NCBI GenBank assembly: GCA_964016885.1
Contig: OZ024740.1
Coordinates: 178,622,001 to 178,686,000, forward strand
Reading direction: 5' to 3'
Length of the DNA stretch: 64,000 nucleotides
Source: Eledone cirrhosa
Taxonomy: Eukaryota
Made by a program: the position numbers and the translations under genes. A model generated the notes under the pieces. That model had not been told where the DNA came from. It saw nothing but the letters and a program-made list of their open reading frames with translations, and ran no database searches. Of this stretch, positions 52,096-64,000 are shown in pieces. How positions within the stretch are numbered: the stretch's first letter is position 1; each line of letters starts with the position of its first letter.

Positions 52096-55000
52096 CCAGA
52101 CAAGCGAGCCGGCGGGAAATGACGGTGAGGAGGTCCTGAGAACGGAGGAACCACCCGAAGCAGACAATGATCTGAATACTGAGATAAATAATACCTGGAA
52201 CAGAGATACGGCCACTGAGGAGATGAATGCTGACGGGCTAGGACAAGATTCGGTTGACATCCTAAATTTAGTGGTAGATGAGTTGAACAATGATAGTGGG
52301 AGACCTATGAACCTAAGATTTGTAGACAGGAAAAAGTTAAAAGAAACAACAGCTAAGGTAAACAAAGTCATCCCATACCTTGAGGCGAGGAGCCTTCACC
52401 AGTGCAACAATATCCTCAAAGCAACAGCAAATACGGTGAGGAAACTACTTGGTATAAAAGCGAGAGGAAACAACAGACAAGAAAGAGCAGAGCCGTGGTG
52501 GAAGAAGCGACTGAGTGGGCAAATCGGGGAAATGAGAAATGACATAGGAAAGCTTGAGTCACTACTGAATGGGACACTAAAAAACATAGGCACTAAAAAT
52601 AGACTGGAAATAAAGTACAAAACTAGGAGGAAAAAGCTAAATATTATCATAGAGGAATTGAAGCAACGCATTGTAGCAAAGAGTGCCAAAATCAGGCGAT
52701 ACGAGAACAGAGTCAGTCAGTATAAACAGAACCGCATGTTCGACAACAACCAGAAGATGCTGTTTGGACAGCTTGAGGGGAAAGAAAGAGGCAACGACTT
52801 GATCCCTGGGGCGGAACAAGCTAAAACATTCTGGAGAGGAATATGGGAGCAGGATGTTAGACACAATGCCCAGGCAGGGTGGATTGAGACAGTACAGAGG
52901 GAGATCGGTGAGCAGGCACAACAACAGACTGATTTGAGTATCACAGTTGAAACTCTTAAGGGGCAAGCCAAAAAACTAACCAACTGGAAATCACCAGGCC
53001 CAGATGGTGTGCAGGGGTATTGGATTAAACATTTAACATCCCTCCACCCGAAGCTGACGGCCATGTTCAATGACTGCTTGGTGTCGGGTGAGGTGCCAGA
53101 GTGGTTGACAAAAGGTACCACAGTTCTGATAATGAAAGACCGAATCAAGGGTAATGATGTTACCAACTATAGACCTATCACATGTCTGCCCGTAATGTGG
53201 AAACTGTTGACGAGCATTGTGTCTGAGGAAATCTACCATCACCTCCACACAAACAACTTGTTACCGGACGAACAGAAAGGATGCCGAAAGAAGTCACGTG
53301 GTACAAAGGACCAGTTGCTTATTGATAAGATGGTAATGGGGAATTGCAGGAGGAGACACACTGATCTTGCCATGGGATGGATAGACTACAGAAAGGCATT
53401 TGACATGGTGCCTCATTCCTGGATCACCAAAAGCCTGGAGATCTTCAGGGTGGCAGATAACATCAGACAGTTGCTGGGCAGGAGTATGGGGTCCTGGGAG
53501 ACAGAGTTGACATCAACTGGAGTATCCTTGGGAAGCGTGAAGATCAAGAGAGGTATCTTCCAGGGAGATAGCCTGTCCCCTCTGTTGTTTGTCCTTGCCC
53601 TGATGCCCTTGACCATTATGCTGCGAAAAGTGAGAGCAGGATACAAGTTGGGAAGGGGAGAGCTTACCATCAATCACCTCCTCTTCATGGACGATCTTAA
53701 GCTCTTCGGGAAAAGTGAGAAGGAGTTGGATGTGCTTGTTGACACTGTCCGTATTTTCAGCAGTGATATATGTATGCAGTTTGGTATTGGTAAATGTGGA
53801 GTCATTGTGATGAAGAGGGGTAGGTTGAGCAGAAGTAACGGGATCCAGATACCAACAGGTGAGATGATAAAGGAAATTGACTCTGAGGAGGGATACAAGT
53901 ATTTGGGCGTTCTGGAGGCTGATGGCATAAAGAACAAAAAAATGAAGGAATTGTTAAGAACTGAATACATTCGGAGAGTAAGGAGCGTATTGAAGTCACA
54001 TCTGAACAGCAGAAATGCCATAAGCGCAGTAAATTCCCGAGCTGTGTCTATTATTAGGTACAGTGCGGGAATTCTGAGATGGAATGTTGCTGAACAAAAA
54101 GAAATGGATAGGAAGACTAGGAAGCTATTGACTATCTACAACATGTTCCACAAGAGGAGTGATGTCGATAGACTCTACCTAAGGAGATCTGAGGGTGGAA
54201 GAGGTCTTATCAGCATAGAGGACTGTGTTCAGATGGAGAAAAACAACCTATACAAATACGTGACCTATAGTAAGGAGCCAATGCTCAGAGCTGTACTGAA
54301 GGAGGGGACAGTAGGCCAGGGGATATCCAAGGAGGAAATAACATCAAGGAGGAAGAGCAGCCTTAAGGGAAAATCCCTTCATAGTACCTTCTTTGAGAAA
54401 ACTGAATTTAGAGATCCACAGACATGGAACTGGTTGAGAAGAGGAGACCTCAAAAAGGCTACAGAAGGAATGCTAATGGCTGCGCAGGAGCAGGCCCTCA
54501 AAACGAAGTGGTTGAAGCACCATATCTACAAGGAGGAGGCTAGCCCACTGTGCAGGATCTGTGGAGAGAGAGAGGAGACTGTGGCTCACATTGTGTCCGA
54601 GTGTAAACACCTAGCCCAGACCCACTATAAGGGCTGGAGACACGATGTGATGGGCAGGGTGATCCACTGGCACCTGTGCAAAGTAAACAATCTACCACAT
54701 TCTGAGAAATGGTATGAGCATAGGCCAGAGGCGGTGATGGAGAACAGTCAGGTGAAGGTGCTGTGGGATTTTAGGATACAGACGGACAAAAAACTGGAAC
54801 ACAATAGACCTGACCTGGTGGTGGTGGACAAAGAAAAAAGATCGTGCCTGATTGTGGATGTGGCCTGCCCGTTCGACACGAGAGTGCAAGAGAAGGAGAG
54901 GGAGAAAATTAACCGATACCAGGACCTAAAGTGGGAGGTGAAAAGGATTTGGAACTGCCATGAAGTCAAAGTGATCCCGATTGTCATAGGCGCACTGGGG

Positions 55001-55199
55001 ACTATCTCCAAAGGTTTCCAGGGATGGTTAAAGAAAATCGGCCCCTTCACGCTTTTTGGAACGCTTCAAAAGGCATGCTTGCTTGGAACAGCTAGAACCC
55101 TCCGATACGTCCTGAATATCTGAGGCTGCAGGTAGTGGCTTGATATTCAATCCAACGGACTTTCCAGTTAACCAACATCAATGACTGAGATTCAAGGAA
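52094..55199 (+). mobile_element. R4/Dong-type element family D2, young 5'-truncated copy
   Basis: Starts at the position equivalent to about 43496 of the full-length copy; uninterrupted ORF; (TAA)n tail. Confidence 0.93.
52223..55123 (+). CDS. RT - CCHC - restriction-like endonuclease polyprotein (N-terminally truncated), 966 aa
   Basis: KSPGPDG, NYRPITCL, DYRKAFD, GIFQGDSLSP, FMDD, CRIC..ETVAHIVSEC, RHD, RPDLVV..IVDVACP, K..RY.DL. Confidence 0.93.
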   Translation: MNADGLGQDSVDILNLVVDELNNDSGRPMNLRFVDRKKLKETTAKVNKVIPYLEARSLHQCNNILKATANTVRKLLGIKARGNNRQERAEPWWKKRLSGQIGEMRNDIGKLESLLNGTLKNIGTKNRLEIKYKTRRKKLNIIIEELKQRIVAKSAKIRRYENRVSQYKQNRMFDNNQKMLFGQLEGKERGNDLIPGAEQAKTFWRGIWEQDVRHNAQAGWIETVQREIGEQAQQQTDLSITVETLKGQAKKLTNWKSPGPDGVQGYWIKHLTSLHPKLTAMFNDCLVSGEVPEWLTKGTTVLIMKDRIKGNDVTNYRPITCLPVMWKLLTSIVSEEIYHHLHTNNLLPDEQKGCRKKSRGTKDQLLIDKMVMGNCRRRHTDLAMGWIDYRKAFDMVPHSWITKSLEIFRVADNIRQLLGRSMGSWETELTSTGVSLGSVKIKRGIFQGDSLSPLLFVLALMPLTIMLRKVRAGYKLGRGELTINHLLFMDDLKLFGKSEKELDVLVDTVRIFSSDICMQFGIGKCGVIVMKRGRLSRSNGIQIPTGEMIKEIDSEEGYKYLGVLEADGIKNKKMKELLRTEYIRRVRSVLKSHLNSRNAISAVNSRAVSIIRYSAGILRWNVAEQKEMDRKTRKLLTIYNMFHKRSDVDRLYLRRSEGGRGLISIEDCVQMEKNNLYKYVTYSKEPMLRAVLKEGTVGQGISKEEITSRRKSSLKGKSLHSTFFEKTEFRDPQTWNWLRRGDLKKATEGMLMAAQEQALKTKWLKHHIYKEEASPLCRICGEREETVAHIVSECKHLAQTHYKGWRHDVMGRVIHWHLCKVNNLPHSEKWYEHRPEAVMENSQVKVLWDFRIQTDKKLEHNRPDLVVVDKEKRSCLIVDVACPFDTRVQEKEREKINRYQDLKWEVKRIWNCHEVKVIPIVIGALGTISKGFQGWLKKIGPFTLFGTLQKACLLGTARTLRYVLNI

Positions 55200-55209
55200 T
55201 AACAATAAC

Positions 55210-55250
<41 letters not shown>

Positions 55251-55252
<2 letters not shown>

Positions 55253-55843
55253 CCTAGCCCAGACCCACCATTAGGGCTGGAGACATGATGTGATGGGCAG
55301 GGTGATCCACTGGCACCTGTGCAAAGTAAACAATTTACCACATTCTGAGAAGTGGTATGAGCATAAGCCATAGGGGGTGATAGAAAACGATCAGGTAAAG
55401 GTGCTGTGGGATTTTAGGATACAGACGGACAAGAAACTGGAACACAATAGACCTGACCTGGTGGTTGTGGACAAAGAAAAAAGATCGTGCCTGATTGTGG
55501 ATGTGGCCTGCCCATTCGACACGAGAGTGCAAGAGAAGGAGAGGGAGAAAATTAACCGATACCAGGACTTAAAGTGGGAGGTAAAAAGGATTTGGAACTG
55601 CCATGAAGTCAAAGTGATCCCGATTGTCATAGGCGCACTGGGGACTATCTCCAAAAGTTTCCAGGGATGGTTAAAGAAAATCGGCCCCTTTCACGCTTTT
55701 TCGAACGCTTCAAAAGGCATGCTTGCTGGGAACAGCAAGAACCCTCCGATACGTCCTGAATGTCTGAGGCTGCAGGTAGTGGCTTGATATTCATTCCAAC
55801 AAACTTTCCAGTTAACTAACATCAATGACTGAGACTCAAGGAG
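55251..55843 (+). mobile_element. Short 3' fragment of D2
   Basis: Matches 54608-55199 and 45880-46470; (TAA)n on both sides. Confidence 0.88.
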
Positions 55844-55890
55844 TAATAACAATAATAATAATAATAATAAAAAATTATTATTATTATTAT

Positions 55891-56970
55891 GATTTCTTTA
55901 TTGGCCACAAGGGCTGACATCAAGAAAAACATTACAGACGGCACAGGACGGTACAGGACGGTACGATGTGGGTTTTGTCCGTGTAAATATTTTTATTATT
56001 TATATAATAAAAAAAAAATAGAAACATATATATAAACAATAAAAATGAAAATTGAAACAATGAAAAATTCCCCAATAGGGGGGAAACCTCCGAGGGTTAC
56101 TCGTGGCGAAAACCACACAAAAGACCACGGCCACCCTGACCACCAGGGCAAGCGCCCTCTCTCAATTTTTCCATTTCTGAAACTATTCAGAGTGGTCCCG
56201 TTCACTCGGACCATTATCGCTACATTCACTCACCTTTCAACAAACTTGCTAGAAGGCAGCACTTGCTTCTCCACCCTGATTTTCCTCTTCAAGTGAAACT
56301 TGAAAAAGTTAATTAGGGATTCGCCGAAGAGGAAAGTGTTTGTCTTTAATCCTTTTAACCTTGTCCACCACACAATCTCTTTCACCATGGCCACCAGGCA
56401 GATGAAAACCGCCTGCCCTTCCTCCTCAAAGGAATACGGCGAGACCATCTGCACAATGGACTCAGTCAACAACCGGTCAGTCCCACACGTGACAGCAACT
56501 GTTCGACATAGCTCCACAAGTCAGCAATGCTCGGGCACTGAACGAGTGCGTGCACAACGGTTTCATCGCTATGCGCGCATCTCGGATAGGCTCGGCTGAA
56601 GGCACTTCCGTGCCTGTAGATCTTATCTCGAACCGACAGCGCTCCCCGGTAGCACTGCCAGGCCAGAGATTTTGGAAGTTATCCCTAAGCCCTGGGATGA
56701 AATTTCTCCGGAAGAGAGCAAACAGTTGATCTTCGACGCCCAGGATCTCTCCGAGAACGTCGTCCCTCTTCCCCTCCATTAGTCTTCTATTGAACGCCGA
56801 GGTGGATGTTCCACCGATACTGGTGCCGAACTGGGAGAGGGCAGTGAGCGCCTGGAGACATTCCAGTTTCCAAGCGCTTTCAAATGGTCTTTTTCTCTTT
56901 TTTTGACTCAGGACTGCAGCTCCGTCAAAGAGACGAGCTGTGGGAAAACGTGCCTGGCGAACGGCGACCA
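55891..56970 (-). mobile_element. 3' fragment of Tx1 family T2
   Basis: Matches 46496-47550. Confidence 0.88.
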
Positions 56971-57324
56971 TACCTCTATTATTATGAAAAGAAAATGGTT
57001 ATAAATGGAAGAAAACCCCTCTGTCTACACTATATAGAACAGCCAAATAAAGCAATTTAACAAACACCACAAACTAGATACACCACCTATCCCATCACCC
57101 CTCTGTGTACACTAAATACAAAAGCCAGATAACGGCATTTTCACCACCACCACCACCACCAATCCCAGCATAATAATATTAATTGTATCTCAAGTTTTCT
57201 CAAAATGTTTAATTCAAATATTAAAGAAATATGTCAACACATATATTAAACATACGCGACAAACCGCATAGATACACAGATCAAACAAACTACAGTCTAT
57301 TCAATAAAACTCAGTAACGACAAC

Positions 57325-57470
57325 GCCATCACTATAGTCACCGCCGCCGCCACTCCATCATTGCTACCACTATCCCATCACTATAGTCACCGCCGCCACC
57401 ACTCCATCATTGCTACCACTATCCCATCAGCGCCACCACCACTCCTTCATTGCTACCACCACTATTCCCC
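57325..57470. repeat. Minisatellite, about 49-bp unit
   Basis: CCATCACTATAGTCACCGCCGCC.CCACTCCATCATTGCTACCACTATC twice plus a partial unit. Confidence 0.75.
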
Positions 57471-57692
57471 CACTACCTTCTGTTAACTTAAGAAAGGGGT
57501 ATCATTAGACAAGGGAGAGTCTAGCAAAAGATATAAATAGACTGACTTAGTGACTCTGTCAAACGTCAACGACTATGGCACTGCTGGCTCCCCCCTTCCC
57601 CATGAACAATAGAAAAAGCCCCAGCACCTCTACCGACATAGCCAACAACAATAACAGGCAACTTCAACAAAAAGTATATTATATTATTAATA

Positions 57693-60600
57693 ATTTCATT
57701 CTTAAGCTACGCAATGCTCACATTAGGGAACTACTCATGATAATAACAATTTAAAAAATCAACAAAAAAGAAAACCCCGTGACCAAGAAATACCGGGATG
57801 GCGGCCTGCAGGGAATAGCCGTGTCTCTAGGAGAGGACGACCCCTCTAGTCTTGGTTGACACTAGTCCTAGAAGTGGTAACACGAAATGATTACCCCTTG
57901 GCGGTTAAGGATAAAACGCGACAAAATAAAGTAAATGTGAAATGATAAAATCTCATGATCGACCGTCACCCGGGTCAAAAAGGGCCGCGTCCCTCAGAGA
58001 GGAACCAGACTGGGGTCGAATAATCAGCTAATAGTTCAAACCTTCCCATCACTTCGGAGCTGGAGACTTCCCATAACCGGAATATCGTACTGTTGGCCCT
58101 CCATGCCCACCACCAAGAAATCCAAAGAAAAAGAGAGAAAATGGTCAAGGGAAGACAATTAAGAAGTTCTTGAGGCTTTCTACACTGCCATGTACTACCC
58201 ATCAAATACATCGAATACAGAACAGACATATATCAACTGGAAAAAGAAATAGAGGCTATATTGACAGTAACAAACTAGCCAATATACGAAGACATATTGT
58301 TAAAAAAAAGTTACTACTGATATAGAAATTAGCACAAAGTCAGCGAAGGGAAAATGAAACATGTGTCAGTGAAAACGAGGGAAATTGTAACACTTCGAAT
58401 CCCCGGGTTGGGGCGGAATCCGCTGACAACAGAACAAATTAAAGAAAGGATCGAAAAGGGGGAGGGAGTGCATGCTCATGATGAAACTCAAAATGAAAAT
58501 AATGAGATCGTAAATGATAAAGATATGAATGAGAATGAACTCGCCAACTTGAAGGATGAAATTATGATCGAATGGATGAAAATGAAAGAATCTGACATGG
58601 GGGACCGAGACACTCTCCCTAAGATCCAGAACTCCAAAAAGAACCAAAGGATAATACACAAGACTAACATAATTCTCAAAATCATTATCATCACAAACAA
58701 ACTAAACATTACTGATTTAAATCATCTCTATTATGCATCGGCTAAAGTCACCACTCACATATGTGGAGTGAACATGACAAAACAAAGGAATTCCCACAAT
58801 AAATCTACTTGGCAAGAGAACATCAATCGCCAAATAAACCTTCTCCAATCTGACATACAGGAAATACAGTATAAAATCAACAAGTGACATAGACATGCTG
58901 ATAGAAATAATCAAGCAAAAACTGTCGGCCAAAGCTGCTCGTATAAGGCGCTTTGAAAAACGATCTAGATTCTATAAAGACAATAATATGTTAAAAAACA
59001 ACCAAAGAAACTACTACAGAAAAAAATGGCAAGTCAACAATAACTGCTAAATCAATACCACCCAAGGAGGAAGTGCAAGAATTCTGGGAAAAGATCTGGG
59101 CCGAAGAAAAAGTTCATAATATACATGCCCCATGGATAGACAGACAAATGAAAGATACAGCTCACCTTGAGGAACAATATGGGAAAATATAACAGTTGAA
59201 CAGTTGCGTTTGCAAAAGGAAATCCCCACGAAAAGACAAAATACCAAAAATTTAGATAAATGTCTTCACAGAGTCTCATGAGCTGTTAGCCCAACTTTAC
59301 AATGAAATAGTTAAGGAGCCAGAAAAGATACCATCATGGCTAGTTAACGGCATTACATTCCTGCCTCTGAAGAATGATGAGACAAACAATCCTAAAAATT
59401 ACAGACCGATAACTTGCTTGACCACAATTTATACAATTTTAACATCAGTCCTAACTGAATATACATATGACCACCTGATAACAAATGATCTATTTTCCAA
59501 TGAGCAGAAAGGGTGTAAACGAGGCTCATATGGCTGTAAGGATCAGCTTTTGGTTAACAAAATGATACTGGAAGATTGTCATAATAAACACAAAAATCTA
59601 TCAATTGCTTGGATAGATTATGAAAAAGCATTCGATAGTTTGCCACACAGTTGGATTGCAAAATGTTTAAAGATTTTCAAAATATCTCCCGTTGTCAGGA
59701 GGTTCTTGTCATTCAGTATGAAGACATGGAAAACGACACTCCCTTTGAATAGTGAAAAAAAAATCACTAGAAGCTGGAGAAGTTAATATTAATTGTGGAA
59801 ACTTTCAGGGTGACTCTTTATCACCGCTTTTATTCTGCATCGCACTTATACCATTAAGTAAAATGCTCAATGAAACAAAACATGGAAGTAAAGTCTATGA
59901 CAAAACCATTAATAACTTGTTCTACATGAATGACCTGAAACTAGTTGCAAAAAATGATGAACAATTGCAAGGGTTATTATCCACTGTGGGGCAGTTCAGT
60001 GATGACATTAAAATGTAGTTTGGACTAGATAAATGCTCCAAAGCAACATTCACCAGAGGAAAGCTGCTGAAAAGTTCAGACATTAATCTTGATCGGAGGA
60101 ATGTGATAAGAGAACTTGATCAAGAGGAAACTAACAAATATCTAGGTGTTTGTGAAGGAGACGGAATCAAGTACTCGACAATGAGGTAAAGGATAAGGAA
60201 GGAATGTTACCGCAGAGTAAGAGCAATCTTAAGAACGGAATTGAATGCAAGGAATATGGTTGATGCCATAAACACGCTTACCATACCATTAGTAACCTAC
60301 AGTTACAATGTTATCAACTGGTCAAGCACAGAGATCCGTAGGCTCGATACAAAAATTAGAAAATTCTTAACCATGCACAGAATGCATCACCCTAAGGCAG
60401 ATACAGATAGAATATATCTCCCTAGGAAAGAAGGAGGACGTGGGAAAATCCAGTTAGATATTGCATTGAAAACTGCAACAATTGGATTATCTACATATCT
60501 AAGGGAATCACATGATTGGATGATCAAACTGGTTTTGAAACACGAAAGCATCAAAAGATCATACTCCATTACAAAAGATGCTCAAAAATACAGTAATGGA

Positions 60601-61616
60601 CTATAAATTTCAGAAGTCCCATTTACTGCTGAACTCGAAAACACAGAAAAAGCAAAGCAGGTAAAAGTAACTGCAAAGAAAGAACTGCTACAGAAACTGG
60701 CTAAGAAATGGCAAGAAAAGCCTCTGTATGGAAAATACCCAGAAAGAGCTAACAATCCTGATGTTGACAAAACTTTAACCCATCAGTGGTTGGCATCCTC
60801 TGGACTGAAATCGGAGACTGAAGGACTGATTATATCAGCACAAGATCAGTGTCTGCCAACAAAATATTACAAAGCCAACATAATGAAAAATGGATGCAAC
60901 CCATTATACCGTGTATGTAAAAAACAACCAGAGACCATTGATCATTTAATTTCAAATATGCAGTCCTATAGCTCCAACCGAATACCTAAACAGGCATGAA
61001 AGAGCTGCACAACACATACATTGGATAATGTGTAAGCATTTTGACCTGCCCCATCAAAAGAATTGGTGGGATTATCAACCACCTCCCATACTTGAAAAAG
61101 ATCACATCTCAATCTTGTGGAACTTTAGCATCCAAACATACCGAAAAATAGATGCAAATAGACCTGATATAATACTGAAGGACATTAAAAAGAGGGTATG
61201 CCTGCTAATTGATATGTCTGTTCCAAGAGACAAGAATGTATCTATAAAAACATTTGAAAAATTGAGCAAGTACAAGGACCGGGAGATAGAAATTGGAAAA
61301 TTGTGGAGATTGAGAACTAAAACAATACCAGTCGTTGTAGGCGCTGTAGGAATCATACCTAAGGGGTCTAATGATTACTTATCACAAATCCCAGGAAACC
61401 CGCGTATAGGAGAAATACAAAATATAGTACTAATTGGAACTGCCCATATACTAAGGAAGATTATGTCAATATATTTACATCAAAAGTCTAAACACCTAAA
61501 GATGCATGAGTGTGTATGTATGTTCTTTCTTGAACATGGCGGAACTTGTTGTTTCTTGAGGTCACTGGTTGTGACTTGGTGATAACTCGTATGAACATAA
61601 AGCAAGATAAATGCAA
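57693..61616 (+). mobile_element. R4/Dong-type element family D1, probably full-length, degenerate (5' boundary approximate)
   Basis: Homologous to copies A and B with stops, frameshifts and deletions; extra 5' sequence; (TAA)n tail at 61618-61665. Confidence 0.85.
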
Positions 61617-61617
61617 C

Positions 61618-61665
<48 letters not shown>

Positions 61666-61667
<2 letters not shown>

Positions 61668-64000
61668 TTTCATTTATTGGCCACAAGCGCCGACATATAG
61701 GGGACAATACAAAAGACTGGGACAGTGAGGTTTTACAGAAAAATTGAGTAAACAATATGAATAAACAAAGTAACAATAACAAAGTAACAGTAAAGTAACA
61801 ATAAAATTACAACAAGAAAAAAATTCCCCATAGGGGGGATGACCACCTAGGGTTCGCTCAAGTACCCCACCAGTCCTGAACGACCCGACGCTTCGAGAGC
61901 ACTCTGGAAGGGCACCCCTCTCCTCTTCAAATTTACCTACCTACAGCCGCATGACCAGAGTAGACCCACTCACACGGGCCATTCTCGCCACATTCACCCA
62001 CCTTTCAGCAAATGTACTGGGGGGCAGCACTTCTCTCTCCACCCTCACCTTCCTTTCCAAGTGAAACTTGAAAAAGTTCATGAGGGATTGGCCGAAGAGA
62101 AAAGTGTCTGTCTTCAGTCCTTTCTACCTCGTCCACCATACAACCTCTTTCGCTACTGCCACCAGACAGAGGAAAATTGCCTGACCTTCCTGGCCAAAAG
62201 AAGGCGGTGGGTCGATCTTCACTATGGACTCGGCCGATAGCCGGATCCGTTCTACACGCGACAACAGCTCTTCAACATAACTCCACAAGTCAGTAATGCA
62301 CGGACACTGGACGAGTGCGTGCAGAACGGTTTCGTCGCTCTGCGCGCATCTCGGGCAGGTCCGTCTGACAGCACTTCCGTGCCTGTAGAGATTATCTCGA
62401 ACCGGCAGTGTCCCCCGGTAGCACTGCCAAGCGAGGGATTTTTGGAAATTATCCATCGTCCCCGGCTCGAAAGTCCTCCGGTACAGACTGGTTAGTTCGA
62501 CTTCGTTGACTCCCAGAGCCTCTCCGAGTGCGTCGTCGCACTTGCCCATCACTAATCCTCTATAGAACTCGAGAGTGGAAGTTCCACTGACCGCATTGCC
62601 CGCCTGGTAGAGGGCAGTAGTGCCTGGCAACATTCCAGATGCCAGTCACCCAGTCTCGGTCTCTTCTTGACCCAGGACTGCAACTCAGTCAAAGAAACGA
62701 GCTGCGGAAAGGCCCGTCTGACAAACGGCGACCACACCTATTCACCGATTAGGCAGAATATCTGGAGATGCCGCAGCCTCAGCGCGTGCCTGCGCATCAT
62801 TAGCCACGGCATGCCCAGCCCACCACGTAGAGGTTGCTGGCAGCAGATGGACCGCCTCACCAGCGGAACCTGACCCCTCCACAAGAATTTGAAGAGGAGC
62901 CGCTCCAAGATGGCGAGGCGCGAACGTGGGCAAGGGACGACAGTCAGACGGTAGTAGATGACGGACGCGATGTACGTGTTCGCCACCTCCGCCCGACCTT
63001 TCAGTGACAGCTTCATCCCAGCCCATTTCTGGGTGAGACTGACTACCCTGCCCGTCACCTCGTCCCAATTCTTATCCACCTGTAGGTCTGGCCCGAACCA
63101 AACCCCTAGCAACTTTACCGGTCCGTCCGTCCAGCGCCTAACGACGCTGCTGGACGGCATGGACTTGCCTCTCCAGGTGCCGAGTTGCAAGCCTACTGAC
63201 TTTTCCGGGTTAAGTTTTGCTCCCGTCAACCATTCATATTCCTTCAATAAGTTGCCGACCACCTCGATTTCTGAGGTGTCCGACACCATCACGGTGATGT
63301 CGTCCGCATAAGCCGACACAGCCTTTCCGCGTCCCGATTCGAGTGGGATGCCCTGCAACAGCTCCAGCTTCCGCAGTAAAGGCTCGAGAGTCAATACGTA
63401 CAGAAGGGAGGAGAGAGGGCACCCTTGACGGACCGATCGGGAGACCTGAAACGGTTCCGAGAGGTGGCCATTAATTTTGACCATCGAGCAGGTGCCGCTG
63501 TGCATTGCAGCGATCCAGCTTCTGAAGACGGGACCGAAGCCAGCCGCCTTGAGGACAGCCTCCAGGTACCGATGGTCGACCCTATCGAATGCTTTCGATT
63601 GATCTAAATTGATCAGAGCCCCACCGAAGCGAGGTTTACACCCTACCCTCTCTATGATGTATCGCATTAGGTGGAGGTTGTCATGTATGGACCTGGTTGG
63701 GATTGCGCAAGTTGCGCCTCCCCAACCAAATCCCCGACGACAAGCGCCAACCTCTTCGCTAACACCTTGGCCAAAATCTTAAACTCTGTTTTGAGCAGAG
63801 TTATGGGCCTGAAATTGTCTAATGTGTCCCTCTTATTCTCGTCTTTCCTTATCAGCGTCACTAAGCCACGGCTCACAGAACTGGGAATACTCCCGTTTTG
63901 CTGCCAGTTGCAGTAGAGGGCTTCGAGGAGATTGGAGAACAAGTCTGACATATTTAGGGCAGACCATCCAAACCGGGTGACTTGCGCCTCATGCAGCCTA
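61666..64000 (-). mobile_element. Tx1/L1-clade element family T3, 3' part, degenerate
   Basis: ORF2 RT fragments (63667..63951, 62738..63667 with YADD, 62124..62633 with CPRC..HALVQC); 3' end CTTGTGGCCAATAAATGAAATC(ATT)n. Confidence 0.9.

Noticed and set aside
57325-57470. CRISPR-like repeat
   Set aside because: A tandem minisatellite without unique spacers, in a eukaryotic context.

Overview
Eukaryotic (animal) AT-rich genomic DNA. The SINE types and dense (TA)n/(TG)n microsatellites suggest a mollusc or cephalopod, which is an inference. No host gene is recognisable. The window has three zones. (1) 1-18.6 kb and (3) 42.8-64 kb are arrays of non-LTR retrotransposons joined almost only by (TAA)n/(ATT)n tracts. 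They contain two R4/Dong-type RT-RLE families, three Tx1/L1-type APE-RT families (including two intact, near-identical 6.03 kb copies in tandem) and a tRNA-derived SINE. Orientation is strict: R4/Dong copies always run with the AAT strand, while Tx1 copies and the SINE always run with the ATT strand. The SINE 3' end resembles the Tx1 3' end. (2) 19-42.8 kb is non-coding DNA rich in (TA)n. It holds many short inserts bounded by (TA)n that carry type I hammerhead ribozyme motifs, arranged as fold-back or tandem repeats (Penelope-like pLTR or retrozyme architecture). Several share a terminal ACTC..GAGT stem-loop, and two unrelated units share an octamer + TATA arrangement upstream of the ribozyme. 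All alignments and folds were done by eye, so boundaries are approximate.
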